This document shows positions 1-13,697 of a DNA stretch of 64,000 bases, piece after piece. A program made the translations under genes and the position numbers. The stretch is taken from assembly GCA_976551045.1 (NCBI GenBank), contig CDPCPM010000026.1:7502001-7566000 (forward strand), written 5' to 3'. The notes below the pieces were generated by a model. It was not told the origin of the DNA, did no database searches, and saw nothing but the letters and a program-made list of their open reading frames with translations. The DNA is from Glaucostegus cemiculus. Lineage: Eukaryota. Position 1 is the stretch's first letter; each line of letters starts with the position of its first letter.

Positions 1-3000
1 TTACACTTAATGTTAACATAATATAGCATCAAAAATGCACCAAATTAATTATAATTGAGAAGTTATTCACGGATATGCTTTTTGAAGAAAATTATTGAAG
101 CAGTAATGTCCAAAAAAGTTCTTCCCTGTCGCCTCCGATAACCTTCAAAGCACTGACTTAAGAAAGTACTTTTAAAATACTGATGAATCTAATTTAATTG
201 TATTTGTGCTCTTACTTGGCCACTTTACTTCAACTTTCTTGTAACAAGAACTGGTAATTTTCCAATGTTTAAGTTGCTTTGAAACAAAATCAAACTACTT
301 GCTTTCCTTAATTAAAATCATGTTTTTCCGTTGTTGTGGTCCAACTTTGGGCAAAGAGTTGCAACTTAGGCATGTGCTTCATACAATGCTTCATTACTTA
401 AGATCAAATTTTATAACTAAAGTAAGTAGTCTGTATGTCTGCTTTTTACACCATATGTCCCCTAGCTATTTTGCTGTACCTCAAATAGATTTGCTGCAAA
501 ATGGAAACTTTCTGCTATCCCTGCTAAACTGATTCATTGCTCTTGTTGTGACTATGGTGGGTTGGAATAATCCTTGATGGTGTTGTTTTGTAAATTTAGA
601 CAAGGGACTTGTGAAATAATTGCAAATTGAGTTAAACAAATTTGCTGATATTGATCATCTTGACATAACATTCATTAAGCTAGTTCATGTTGACCATTGC
701 CAGCTTTTCCAATCAGAATCATTCAACCATTGAGAGTGAAGCAAATCCCAGGCTTACAAGCATGTCCTGTGAAACAAAGAAACCAGAAGTCACCCATTGA
801 TTCGGAAGGCCAAATCCAATCCCAGAAAGATTGGTCTCCATTGCTGCCCTCTCCAGAAGATTCAGCAGTGGAGTCCAATCTTTCAGGGACTGCCCAGCAT
901 TTCACTGGGGAATTGCATCTTAGATTCTACATCAGGTCAAATTGGCTACAGACTTCGAGACCTCATTGATCTCAGTGGGAGTTATAACATAAAGATTTAG
1001 AGGCAAAGGAAAAGACAAGTCGCTTTATTAATATTGTTGTACTTGAATATTTTTAATTATTTGTGTGTTTAGTAATTGTACCTTAAAAATGAATAATTTT
1101 TCATTGCTTTTAATTGTATTTATTTACTGCAATTTTATTGGTTTTTAAACCTCAGATATATCTTTAAAATTAATAAACAACTTACAACATTTACAGCCAG
1201 CAGAGCTCTGTCTCCAGATGCAAAAATGTCAGCGTTTTGATGTATTGGTTTCAGAAAAGTTATCAAAAGCTATGTCACTTACAAAGTTATCTCATTTACA
1301 ATTAGAATCTCGAGATTATTATCTTTTTTTTAACCTTAACATTAAAATGTTGCAATTTGAACCCAGCATAATGTTGTAGGTTTATGAAACTGGCTGCTGT
1401 AATTGAAAAAGGAAAAACTACTACAGTTTTGTATTGATACACTAGACATTTTGTAGGATTGGGATTTTTAAAACTATGTGCAATGCAAGGTAGTTACTGT
1501 TCTTTGCTTTCAATTTTTCAGTGTAAGAGATATAAAACTATCCAACTTTGACACCTACATGACTCTTTCTTTATTTCAGTTATACAGCATGGTAAATTCA
1601 TTTGCACAGTGTAGTACAGAATGATGAATCATGAACAAATAGTACACTGAACCAGACAACTTTGTTACTATCCAATTTAAAGATAGAGCACAAAATATGA
1701 TAACTCACAGTTACTGTCTCAAATTACTCATTGGAGAGAGAAGCAATCATGCAACAATGTGTTTCACCAAATAACCACAGTAATTAAATTGGAAATAGTA
1801 CATCATTTTTATTTGTTTACTGCATGTAAACAATTTAGAAAGCTGCACAGTAATACAGTTTTGTTGTGGCGGCATGTACAATTCTCATTGAAAATCTTTC
1901 TGCTGTCATGTGTTCCACACATGTCTCATTTCCTTTTCTTATTAAAAAAAGGCTTAGGACATATATATGTACTTGTGGCTCATGTGCAAGTAACTTATTT
2001 AATCAGAAATTCTTTTTTAGTGCTGACATGATTATTTTTATGGATGTATTGACCTTATGGAACATATGTGCACAAATTAGATGATCCTATCAATTTATTA
2101 ATTTTTAGAACACAAAATAACATTCATACAACAACAAACTTTTTCATTTTTTTTATCCAAAAGCTGTTTTTTTTAAATTTTGAAGGCAATCAAGTGGTTT
2201 AAATGACAATCATAGAAGACACAGAAGAACTAGGTGCGCTGGGACAAGATAATTGATATTATTTCATATAAGGGAAGTTTTCTAATCTAAATGGCACTAC
2301 AAGATCATGGAAACATGAGTTAAGTATACCCACCACTCCAGACAAAGAAACAGCATAGGCACCAACTGAAAAGAGATATAGAATTCTACAAACTTGCCAA
2401 CTTTAATTTCTGAAACACTGTTCAAATATGCCTTTTTAGATACTTTCAAACTTTCTATTGCTGGTTTTCTTCACACTTATTTATCATTTGAAATTAAATG
2501 TTTTTGTTTCTCCTTTAGAACAAATGGCAGCAAGGTTGCTTCTGAATCACACTTGTTTGCTAGGATCATATTTTTGGGAAATGATTTTCATTGCACTTTT
2601 CTCTCATTCTTAAATTGCTGGAAAGCTTTTAATATTTTGTTAATATTTTGTACAACAAAACCCAAGGGGTACTTTTATATTTCAAAGTTTAAACAACAAA
2701 GACCAGCTTTGTGCATCTTTGGATGGTTTGCATATGTATTTGCATTTTAGCATCAGCTTTGTATCGGTTTCAGTTATAGTTTTGTAGCATTTTCCAAGAA
2801 AATATACAAAACATGTTTACTTTATGTGTATTGGTAAAAGAAAGGAATGACATTTACATGCATCCAAGTATTGTCTCTGCATGTAAAATGTTTAAAAACC
2901 CGCAACAAAAGAGAACAATCCATTTGACTTCTTTAAAGATCATTCCAGTTTAGGCAGAACTGTACTCCATGACTAACAAAATTGTCAACTTTTTTTTGAT

Positions 3001-4097
3001 CGGCTGATCAGGATACGTACAAAGAGATGGAGGGGGACCTTCTCAGGATTTACAAACATTTACACAGTTTTTCACTGTGAAGATTCAGTAATTAGGAGCT
3101 GATTTATGAGTATGTTTCATGCAAAATCATTACTACTGTCAAAGAAAGGGGACTTGCTGCACTGCTGTAAATGACTGAAGCTAAGTTCATGTGCATAGTT
3201 TGTATGTAATAATCCTCCATTCATTCTATTTCCTGAGAGAAATTAATTTGTTTTTATTGTTTCCTCCATGCTTTAACAAACTGTTTACCTGAATAACTTC
3301 ATTTTATTCAGTATACAATCGTCTTTATGCTGTTAAGCCAGACATATACATCTTGTCCCACCTCAAACTTTTTAGGCAGCCCCTGACACAGTATTGTCAA
3401 TAGACACTCTAATGTGTTAAATTCTACTCATTAATCAGCCCTCTTGCCATCACTGTTTTTCTATTTAACTATTCACAAAAATAAATGTGTGTTCCATTAC
3501 CACTTAGCTCTCAGGTTTGCAAAAATGCACAGTGCTGCAGTAAAATACTCCAAGTAAGTTAATTCTCCCAACAATCAATCATGTCATTTTCATAAGATAT
3601 AAAGTGTTATATTCTGACATAAATTATTTATTCTTTTTTTAAACATGCAACATTTTCTTCCTGACAGATAAAGCAGTGAAATTTAAAAAAGGCAACCACC
3701 CTATGCTTGTGATTAAAGAGCATTCAATTAAGACGGATCAAATTCCCATTGGCATAACAGTTATCAAATATTTGGCAAATTAGTAATATTTGTATTATCA
3801 TTCAAATGGCATAATTTTGCAATGTACAATGACTGTACCAGTATTGAAATTCAAATTCATTTGTCAGACTTAATGTATCTGTCATTGTACTTTCTACAGA
3901 CATGCATGCATCCTTACAGTACTAAATAGTTGTTGGGATCACTGTGCCACTGTACCTTTCCCTGCAGACAAAGATGGATAAACAAAGTGTTCATTTGAAC
4001 AAAAGATTATAGGTGATAAAAATATACAAGGTTTATGCAAAAGAAAGTCTATTCTACTCAGTCCACAATATAATGCATTTTTTTCCCTAAATTATAG

Positions 4098-4203
4098 GTC
4101 AACTATCAGGGATAATGTGGAAATGATCAAACTACAGAAACAACTTGTGGATAAAGCAGCTGCATTAACTGTCTTGGAGGGCAAATTTATGCAAATACAA
4201 GAG
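4098..4203 (+). CDS. RPGRIP1L: RPGRIP1L coding exon (human exon 7 equivalent), coiled-coil
   Basis: ttatag|G TCA ACT ATC...CAA GAG|gtaag; 106 nt; encodes (R)[35 protein letters not shown], like human [36 protein letters not shown]. Confidence 0.95.
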
Positions 4204-4759
4204 GTAAGAGTTCAGTTTTGGAACCAATCCATTCCTGAAAAACAATTTGTTTCTTGCCCAGTAACATAAATAATCAAGGAACCAAGGCTTTACAAATTTA
4301 ATTTTAAAAATCCTATCATTTGCATTCATGCTGACCATTGAATTTACCTACTCTTCCCCAATAAGTCCATGCACTCTTACAACTTATTCACAGCAAAATT
4401 GGGGATTTTTTTCCCTTTCAGTATTATTCATTGAAGGAATGCCCTGAACAATATGGTATCCTAGAAATGCTACTTGAGAAGCAGTAACTTTACATGGAAA
4501 TTGTGCACTTATGATTGTGAACAGCACGGGCCTCTCCCACTGAATCAGGCCTTAACAAAATAGTTCATATTTAAACTCAGCTACATAAAGTGACCAGAAT
4601 ACTGTACACTATCCCTATCTACTCTCTTACCAGACCATTGTCCATTTGCAGTATAACTTTGAACATTATGGATATTGTTGCAAATAGGCGATGCACAAAA
4701 CAGGCCTGAGCCTCAATATGTTGCAAGGTTAGTATGTCTTTTGAGGCTCTGAAGAATTT

Positions 4760-4987
4760 CATAGAATCATAAAATTGTTACATCATAGATGGAAGCCATT
4801 TAGCCTTTCAAGTGAATGCCAACTCATCACAATCTTGAAGTTCTGTTCCCCCCTGTTTTTACCCAATACCCTGTAAATGATTCCTGCTCAAATGCCAATT
4901 CAATTCCCTCAATGAATGACTGTTAATTCCAGAAGATAAATGAAGTTTTTTTCTCACATTCCCTTGCATCTTTTGTCCAAAATTTTG
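4760..4987 (-). mobile_element. CR1-type LINE 3' end fragment
   Basis: catagaatcata...ggaagccatttagcc is the reverse complement of a chondrichthyan CR1 3' tail. Confidence 0.55.
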
Positions 4988-5046
4988 TGGCATAATTTTG
5001 CAATGTACAATGACTGTACCAGTATTGAAAATGTATTGTCTTACAG

Positions 5047-5193
5047 AACCAGAGAACCATGAAAGCCAGTCATGATGCTTTAATGAATAAAGTTGATGAA
5101 CTAAATGTGCAACTGAAAGAAGAACGTTCTAAGTGCCTTTGTCTTGAAAATCAGCTGTACTCAACTTCATTTTCTCAGAAAGCATTTGACGAG
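5047..5193 (+). CDS. RPGRIP1L: RPGRIP1L coding exon (exon 8 equivalent)
   Basis: ttacag|AAC CAG...GAC GAG|gttttt; 147 nt, phase 0-0; NQRTMKASHDALMNKVDELNVQLKEERSKCLCLENQLYSTSFSQKAFDE. Confidence 0.93.
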
Positions 5194-5781
5194 GTTTTTT
5201 TACTACTTACTTTCAAAATAAATATTAGAGGATTGTGAGTGAATGTGAAAAGATATAACAAAAATATTACAAGGTTCCAGTTCATTTTTTGAATTTAAGT
5301 GATGTCTTATAGTTAATATAGTTAAAATCTATGCTCTTATTTCTGGGCTAGGATTATAATTATTAATTGCCTTTCTATTTTACGAAACCAGAATCAGGTT
5401 AAGCTCATATTTAGGTGACTTTGAAAATCTAATTTGAAGGGGAGTTAATTTTGTCAAATGTAACACAGTTTTACACCATCTCTAGTTTTATTACAACTGT
5501 TTTGAACACGTTAAATAGCATATAGAAAACAGACAAATTTTTGCTTTACTTTCCAAATCACTGGGAATATCTCAGTGAGAAATCCACCATAAACTAATTT
5601 TATCAAGTGTTGATTACAAAACTGTAATTGTATAACATAGCTATTCAAATGAAATGTAAAAGATGTAAACAGTTTAAGTGAGAGACATTAATATTCAGCA
5701 ATTGTAATAAAAGTGTACAGAACTGAACTTTTTTCATTTTGTTATTGTCATGCTGTTTTGTAATCCATTTTTTTTGTTCAG

Positions 5782-5855
5782 CTAAAAGAGAGAGTCAAGG
5801 ATTTACAAAAGGAGAGAGATCTTTTGAAGGAAAATTATGACAAATTATACAACAG
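5782..5855 (+). CDS. RPGRIP1L: RPGRIP1L coding exon (exon 9 equivalent)
   Basis: ttttgttcag|CTA AAA GAG...AAC AG|gtacc; 74 nt; LKERVKDLQKERDLLKENYDKLYN(S). Confidence 0.94.
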
Positions 5856-7319
5856 GTACCTCATTTTATAGGTTTAATTTTGTGTTTTATTTATCATGTT
5901 TTTCATGAATATATTGTGCATCCACACATACCCTTAATACTCTTTTTCCCGGTACATAAATTCACACTTTCTCATAACTGAATGTACAGTATTAAATCAT
6001 TGTGTTCCAACTATTTCTGACTCACTTCTGTCATTTGCAGTATCTGATTTAATATATCTATGGACTGGTGCTCTGAAATGCATTTTATGTTGGGCATTCC
6101 AGACTTCTGTCATAACTCTGTTGAGAATCCACAGGAATATGATACAAGCAAACATTTACACTGATTCTCCTGAAGATTTTATTAGTCTGTCACTATAATT
6201 ATGGCATAAAAGTGGTTAAACCTCTTTGGAATTTACTCTTTGTTTTTTTATTAATTACCAAGCCGTACCAGATAAAAATGTTCCTAATGAAAATTATCAA
6301 AGCCAGCGGAATTTTGAATTTGATGTTTTTTCCCCCACCAGTTTGATTTTATTACAATGGATGGAGCTTATGTGATGAGATATAAGGTTATCCAGTTTAA
6401 TTTCAAGAAAGTCAGTGACCAAGAAATTAGAACACACCCGTAACAGATACTTAATTTTGTTGTTGTAGCAAGCACCAGTATGTCTGTTTCAGTCATATGA
6501 CCACTGCTGCAAACTTCAGTAGAGCCTCATCTAAGACATTGGGCATTACTGTGAAACCACTACAAACACAAACACTTGAGACTGAAGCTGGGTCTGGAGG
6601 AGCTGGGGCTCAGAGGTGGAGGGATGGGTGAGTGGGTGGAAATTATTCCAATTTATGTTTCTTGAAACCAAACATAAGTTGGGATTCATCCATTTGCACC
6701 TTGGGAAGAGGGTCATGATGCCCCATTGGTCAGGATCTTGGGTGAGGCCAGTGCTGTATCTATATAGTTTTGAGTGGGGTGTTATTACAGGATCAGGGAC
6801 TATTTGAGGGTGCAGAAGATTAGTTTGCTGCCCTGAAATCAACAACTTCTAGGGTTTGGGATGTGGACATTGGAGAGCGAGGATCATGCCCTGCATCTGA
6901 GAGTTGGATGAAGATTGAAAAGTTAGGAAAATAGGTGACAGAGCACCCAAGAAGTTTATGTAGTCAGGTTATTGGTCAGTTAGGGACAGAGATGATCAAG
7001 AAGTTGGATCCAAGAACAATAGTGGAATGGGGGATTAGTGGAAGAGGTGGTGGTGGCAGTTGTGGCCATTGGCATCGGGGATGAGTACATGGCTTGGGAT
7101 AAAGGAGATGGTGAATGGCAAGTGAAGGAATGGGAAGATAAATAATTGGACTAACCTTGTAGCATCCTAAGCCAGAGTTGCATAAGGAAAACATGGTTGT
7201 CCTATGTATGGTGAAAGCTGGGCTACTTTATACGGCTATGTACAAAAACGAACATTGTACAAGAATTTAGATAATTGACAGGAAAATGGCAACAGAATTG
7301 CAAGTGGAACTCATGCCAT

Positions 7320-7800
7320 GCACATAGATTGTCCTTGAAGGGCATGCAGTCCAGATTATATCAGGGTTTAAAGGATTAAACTATCTGGGTTGGTTAAATA
7401 AACCTGATTTGTATTCCCTTAAAATTAATATGTCAGAGAGCAGATCCAATTAAAATGGTTAAAATGATAGAAGAATTCAATGGGATAACTGCAGCTGAAA
7501 TCTATATTCTCTGAAGGGGAACACAAAAAATGGGGACATAATCTTAAAATTAGAGCAAGATCATTTAGGATTGAAATCAGTATGTTTTTTCTACATAAAG
7601 GATGAAGGAAATCTCTCTCCCCGAAAGACTGTGAATGTTGAGCCAATTGAAAGTTTAAGGATGAATTTCAGTATAATTTTAATATGTGAAGGGATATGAA
7701 GAAGAATTGGATGAACAGTATTGAGGTAGATTTCAGACACAATTTAATAAAGTGGGCCAATAAACTCAGTAAGCTGAAAGAACTGTTCCTATTGCCCAGC
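7320..7800 (+). mobile_element. decayed CR1 LINE 3' fragment
   Basis: ORF2 C-terminal remnants (GLKGLNY, ggggacataatcttaaaattagagc) followed by a CR1-like 3' UTR. Confidence 0.6.
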
Positions 7801-9801
7801 TTCAAACTTTGTATTGACACTCACCCAATTTTTCCCTGTCTCTCTTCCAGCAATGAAAATGATAATTTTCTGAGTTGTGATTTTTGTCTTTTCTTCCCTA
7901 CTATCTACAATGATCAACTAGGAAGAGTGGACTCTGGGATTGGTAGTGACAGACATTTCCCTCTGATATTTTGTGGTTTAGATGCAAAAAGGCAAAACCT
8001 GACATTAAACACATTTGATTTAGAATTTAGGGAGTGAATGAATGGGAGAAGGTTTAACCTAAATAATCTATCCCCAAACAAAAGTCTCTATTAAAAATTG
8101 ATAAAAATTGAATTAAGCAAGACTTATTCAATAAGCAATTTTTGTATATTTTAATGCATTTTTATTTTTTTCCTAAGAATCCAATGCTTTTAATATATGC
8201 TCTTTATTTTGTATTACACATAGGTTGGTAAAAATTTAAACAGGGTTCAACTGCTCATATTTTTATGGGTTTTAGTTTAATTGTGTACCTTTCTCAAACA
8301 GTTCTGTTGGATTGTAGTATCAAAGGAAAAAAACTTACCTTTTGTGGGGAAAAAAAGGTCATTTAGCTATACTTCAAAATTTGTTGTTCTGAATCACATA
8401 TAGCTGTCAGTTGGCAAAATATGCCATTTACATTTGTGTCTTACTTACCCCCAGAGCAATGTCTTTGTGCTTTCTTCTCACTGTGCACTAAAGAAAGATT
8501 GCTTGCATTACATATAATGTTTAAAAATGTTTTAGCTCTTGAAGAAAAATTGCAAATATCTAGTTGTAGTCAGAATTCATTGCACAGCTCTGGCTACTAA
8601 GCACAAGAAAATCACAATTATTCTGAACATGATAGAAGAAAGAATGATAATGTAATTGTCTTTGGATGAAAATTTCACTAATGTAGTCGCGTATCATTTG
8701 GAATAGTTCTTTAAAAATAGAAGTACTATCTTAAATAGAATGCATTTCTCCTTTAACATGATATAAATTGATCTAGTTTTTGCCAACTGAAACCAGTTAC
8801 ATTTGGGAAGGGACTTCTCCATGAAATGTTGCTTTCAGACACTGACATCTTTATGGCACTTATTGTTGCATCCGTATGCTCTTCTTAACCTCATTTTCCT
8901 GTTTTTTCTCACAAGGGAGTCTTACGTCCAAAAGCAGAATTTAATTGTTCAACTTTATCAGTTGGTCTCCATCTCCTTTAAATAACACTATACCAATTTT
9001 CTCTTTCAATAAATCCATCAATACAGGAGAGGGGAAATTTATATTATTTTTAAGTTCTGTTTCTCTTTGATCATTCTTAATAATGAATATTATTCTTAAA
9101 TACAAAATATGTAGCTTTATACTTGTGCTCACTTTGATAATTTCTTCCATTCCATTTTATTCATTTGCAGTGGCAATTTTTTTCTTTAATTGCATGCCAT
9201 AAAACAACTTCTATTGAACAATGTTTCTTGGTTTTCCCATCGTTCTTAATAAGACAAATGGCCACATTTTACATGCACAATAATCATTCTATGGGCCACA
9301 ATGTCTCAGGCATTAAAAGCACTAGTGCTTTGTGGTTTCCTTTCAACCAGCAGCTGTTTTTTAGTGCTGCATCCCTAACAACCCCCTAAAAAGTGATCAG
9401 GTGGATAGTTCTTGTTATTTATATTGAGGGAATATAAGGGCTTGTATGGTTTTGTATGTCCCCTGTTGTTGGATAATTTGGATCTATGTATTCAGCTGGG
9501 AGTATATAGCTGAATTCCTTTCCTTGTCCCACAGATCCAAATGATGCCAATTTTTTTCTGGCTATAGATCTCTAAATTAAGGCCAGTGCCTTTGCTCATC
9601 CCACAAACCCTTTCATGTGATTTAACCGCAGCCTGAGCAAGGCGCCTTGGTTTCAACAGCAGCAGACCAGCATATGTTTGCTTAATTCCTGAGACATGAT
9701 GACAGCAGTCTCTGTGCCACTAAGGCTTTTTAGTTTTAATTATTATTCTCTGTGGAGGATTATATCCAATAGTTCTTCACATGCCACATGTTTGGTTACA
9801 G

Positions 9802-9941
9802 TGCTTTTGACATGACCAACGAACAACAGTGGAAGTTGAAGGAGCAGCAGCTGAAAATACAGATTGCACAGCTCGAGACCGCACTAAAATCCGACCTGGC
9901 TGACAAAAATGATATCTTGGACAAAATAAAAGTAGAAAGAG
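9802..9941 (+). CDS. RPGRIP1L: RPGRIP1L coding exon (exon 10 equivalent)
   Basis: ttacag|T GCT TTT...AGA G|gtatt; 140 nt; [46 protein letters not shown] (within ORF 9788..10009). Confidence 0.96.
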
Positions 9942-10194
9942 GTATTTTTGTATATGAAATAAATGAAGCTTGCAGAATCTGCATTCATAAATTCTTACCA
10001 CAGAGATGATTATGTTTCAATGTTTTTTTTGCTTACATCTGTTTGTTATTGTGAATAATTTCAATTATTGCAGTGAAAAACCAATGTAAGTGGGCAGAAC
10101 AATATTGGTTCATTGTACACTGTCCATTAGTTGAACACATTTTCACAATTCATACACAAGCTAATTTCTTTGAACTTGTTTTACTTCAGTAGGG

Positions 10195-10945
10195 GAATAA
10201 GGGTATCACTGTCAAGGACAGCATTTATTGTCCACCCCAAGCTTCCTGTGAGTAGGTAATGAAGCAATGCCTTCCCTGAACTACAGCCGTCCTTCTGGTG
10301 ATGATAAACCCACTGTGTTAGGTAGGGAGTTCCAGGATTTAGATCCTCAGTAATGAAGGAATGGCAATATATTTCCAAACCAGAATGGTGTGTGACTTGT
10401 AGTATGGTGATGTTCCCATGTGACGGCTACTCTTATCCTTCTTGGTGATAGGTAACAACAGTATATTTTATAGGTGGGAATACAGAACACTGGTGGAGAG
10501 AATATGAATGTTGTGGTGGATAGGATGCCAATCAAGTGGACTGCTTTGTGCTGAACAGTATTAAGCACCTTGAGTGTTGTGGAGACTATTCCATCACACT
10601 CCTGACTTGTGCCTTGTAGAAGTAGAAATGCTTTGGGTTGTCAGGGAAGTCACTTGCAGGATAGCCAGTTTCTTAACTGCTTTTGCAGCCAGGTGATCTT
10701 CCACAGTATTTTGCTGGTGATGGACTCAGAACCAGTAATTCCGCTGAATATAAGGATAGATGCTTACACTTTCTCCTTTGAAAATAGCCATTTTCTTGCA
10801 TTTGTATGATGGAATGCTACTTGCCAATTATCAGCCGTGTGTGAATGCCATCCAGGTCATGCTGGGTACAGGTATAGACTATCTCCGCTTGGGAACTGTG
10901 AAAGGAATTGAACATTAGGCAGTCATTACCAAATATTCCCATGTT
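10195..10945 (-). mobile_element. old CR1/L2-group LINE 3' fragment
   Basis: gggtatcactgtcaaggacagcatttattg... is the reverse complement of the tail ataaatgctggccttg...cacccaca found at about 41390 and 59215. Confidence 0.6.
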
Positions 10946-10949
10946 TGAA

Positions 10950-11580
10950 AATCAAAAACCTGCAGAAGGTGGAAAACTGAAATAAAAACAGAAAGTGCTA
11001 GAAATTCTCAGCAGTGAAGACAGCATCTGTGGAAAGAGAAACACAGTTAACATTACAGGTTGGCCTTCATCAAAACTGAGAAAGGAAATTATTAATATGT
11101 TACAGAGGAGGTAAGGGAGGGGTGAACAGAACAAAGGGAATATCACTGACAGGGTGTGGTGAGGGTTGTCGTGGAGATAAGTTGTAGAAGTCATCTGATC
11201 AATGGTTTAATGAAGAAAAATGGAACGAAACCTATGAGAGGACAGTTAGACAGTTACACAGTCAAAGAAATATGAGAAAGTGTGAAATACAGGGTTGGAG
11301 GACATGCTCAGCAGGTCAGGCTGTGTGCACGGAGAGGGGAAACCTGAGCTGGTGTTACAAGTGGATAACCTAGAATAGAAATCACTAGTTCTGATAAAGA
11401 TAGAGAAAATGAGTTAGCATTTAACACTGAATTCAGAAGGGTGCAGTGTGCCCAGATGGAACTTTAACCCAGCCCTATTTGTGGCCTGTGGCCTCCGGCA
11501 CTGTTATCATGATGCTCAATGCAAACTTGAAGAGCAGTACATCTTCCGTCTGAACACATTATAGCCTTCCAGACTTAGGA
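10950..11580. mobile_element. Penelope-like element fragments in inverted arrangement
   Basis: Minus-strand terminal repeat (acagaaagtgctagaaattctcagcag...) and ORF end to about 11461, then a plus-strand ORF end (caaacttgaagagcagtacatcttccgtctg). Confidence 0.6.
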
Positions 11581-13697
11581 AAGGGCTAATGGGTATGCAC
11601 GTTAAAATACCTGCCAGAAAATCTGCCTTCAGTACAAAGTAACATGAAGCCACCTGGCATCACCTAGGCATAGAGCTATTCATAGAGTCTGGATACCATC
11701 CTTTAAACATGGAATTGGGAGCCAACTCTATCAACATCAACCCTGATGACCAATGTCTCAAATTCCATTGCATCGCCAGCAGTTGTCACATGCTATTTGT
11801 TGGATTAGAAGTCAGATTGTTGTTGTCAAGGCTGTGGATGCCAGTGTTCAAAGGGATGTCAAAGTTGTCAAAGCATTCTTTAACAGATTACCAGAACTGC
11901 TGATGTGAAAGTAGCTGTGGTTCCATGGAGCACAAACCTGGGTCATTTCTCAGGATGCGTTAATTCTACTTTTACCTGGGGAGTTTCTTGCCTCTCAGCC
12001 AGCCAACTGGAATGTTGCAGTCTAAAGCCAGGCCTTTAAAATTCAGAGCTGCTTGAGGTAATCCTCAAGGCCTCTGCCCTCTGTTCATTGAAGATCAGCA
12101 ACCTTCCAACAGCCATGCTGCAACAGAATATCAGGGGAGCACTGTGAGAGCTGGAGTTCAGTCAAAGGCAATCTGTAAATAGGCACTAGAGCATTTAATT
12201 CATAAGACTGGATTAGAATGTGCTTTTTGTGTTGAATTTAGTTTTTAAATCACAGCCAATATAGTAATATGATGTTGGGTGACAGACACAATCTGAGAAA
12301 TGGGGAATTCATTCCCTAATTGCCTTTGAGAAATTGAGGCAAATTGCTGCAGTAGTTTTTTTGTAGAGACTGTGATTCTACTGAGCAGCGTGTTAACGTT
12401 TATCTTACCACATTGCTGTAGGTCTTGACTCATGTGTACACTAGACCCACAGCAATATGATAGATATTGTATGCCTTAACATGCTGCTCAGTGGAAGCAT
12501 AGTGTACAAAAAAAGCCTGCAGTATGTCACCTCAACTTCAAGAGTTGAAGGGTAACAGATTTCCTTCTATTAGAGGCATTTATTAATCAGATTTTTAAGC
12601 AATAATCTTGTAGTTTTTTTGATAACAATTATTGATATTGCCTTTTAATTCCAAATTTATATAATTAATTTAATTTCCCGCATTGTTATTTTCAGATTTG
12701 AACTCATTAGTTATTTTGTCTAAATTATTGCATTGGTAACAAAACTACTCTGGCACCTTGCTCCTCTAAGTTATTTCATGAAGTGCAAGTTAAAAAAAAA
12801 TCCACAGCCTCATTGTATCAAAATTATGCAATTGTTGCATTGGTTATAAACTGACTCCAAAGCGCACAATCAAGCTTGTATTGAAATCAGAATTGAACCA
12901 TTTCTTTAAGGTTTCATTGCACATCCTGATTGTCTCCCCAGCCATGCCCCTCCTTTGGGCTACTCTCATGTCTGTACAAGTCCCCCTTGTGTCTTCCCTA
13001 CCGTTACCCCATGATAAACCTCTCCCCATCCTTTCCCCTAATGCTAGAGTTCCCAATTGCTTATTTTCCCAGTACATTCATGCCCCCAGACAATTCCACT
13101 ATGATCTCTACTTTCCCCAATGGTAGGAGATTTGGAGGAAATAGATTTGTGCTTACTTGTACGGCTTGTTCTAATGTGCACATTGTCCCAAGCCTCCTGT
13201 GCAGTAGAATATTGTGCCCCACATGCAGTGCTACATAAATTTATATTTTTATGGGCAGAAGTACTTACAACACAGCATGTTAGGGTACAAAATGTACCGA
13301 GTAGCCGGTTTTATTTTTCAGAATGACCATTGCAACACAGAATTCCACAGTTTTGGCATGTTTAAGTCTTAATAGAAGGGACTAAAGCAGTTTAAGAAAT
13401 AAGCATCTGTAAGATGTTAGATCTCTCAAGAAGTGCACTGTCAGCAAAATAATACCCTGAAGTTGTATCATGTTTTTAATTGTATGTGTCTCTGCAGAAT
13501 AATTATGATATATTATTCTTTAAATAAAAAAATCTGTTAAGGAAGTAGATTCAAAGCTAAAATGCAGACTTCACAAAAATTGTGCAAGATAGAAATGATA
13601 GTTTTATTAACAAAATATCTGCAATATTTTTATATATAATTACAGAGTTTAAGTGTTTGATTGTTTGAACATATTAGATAATAGTAGATACAATATA

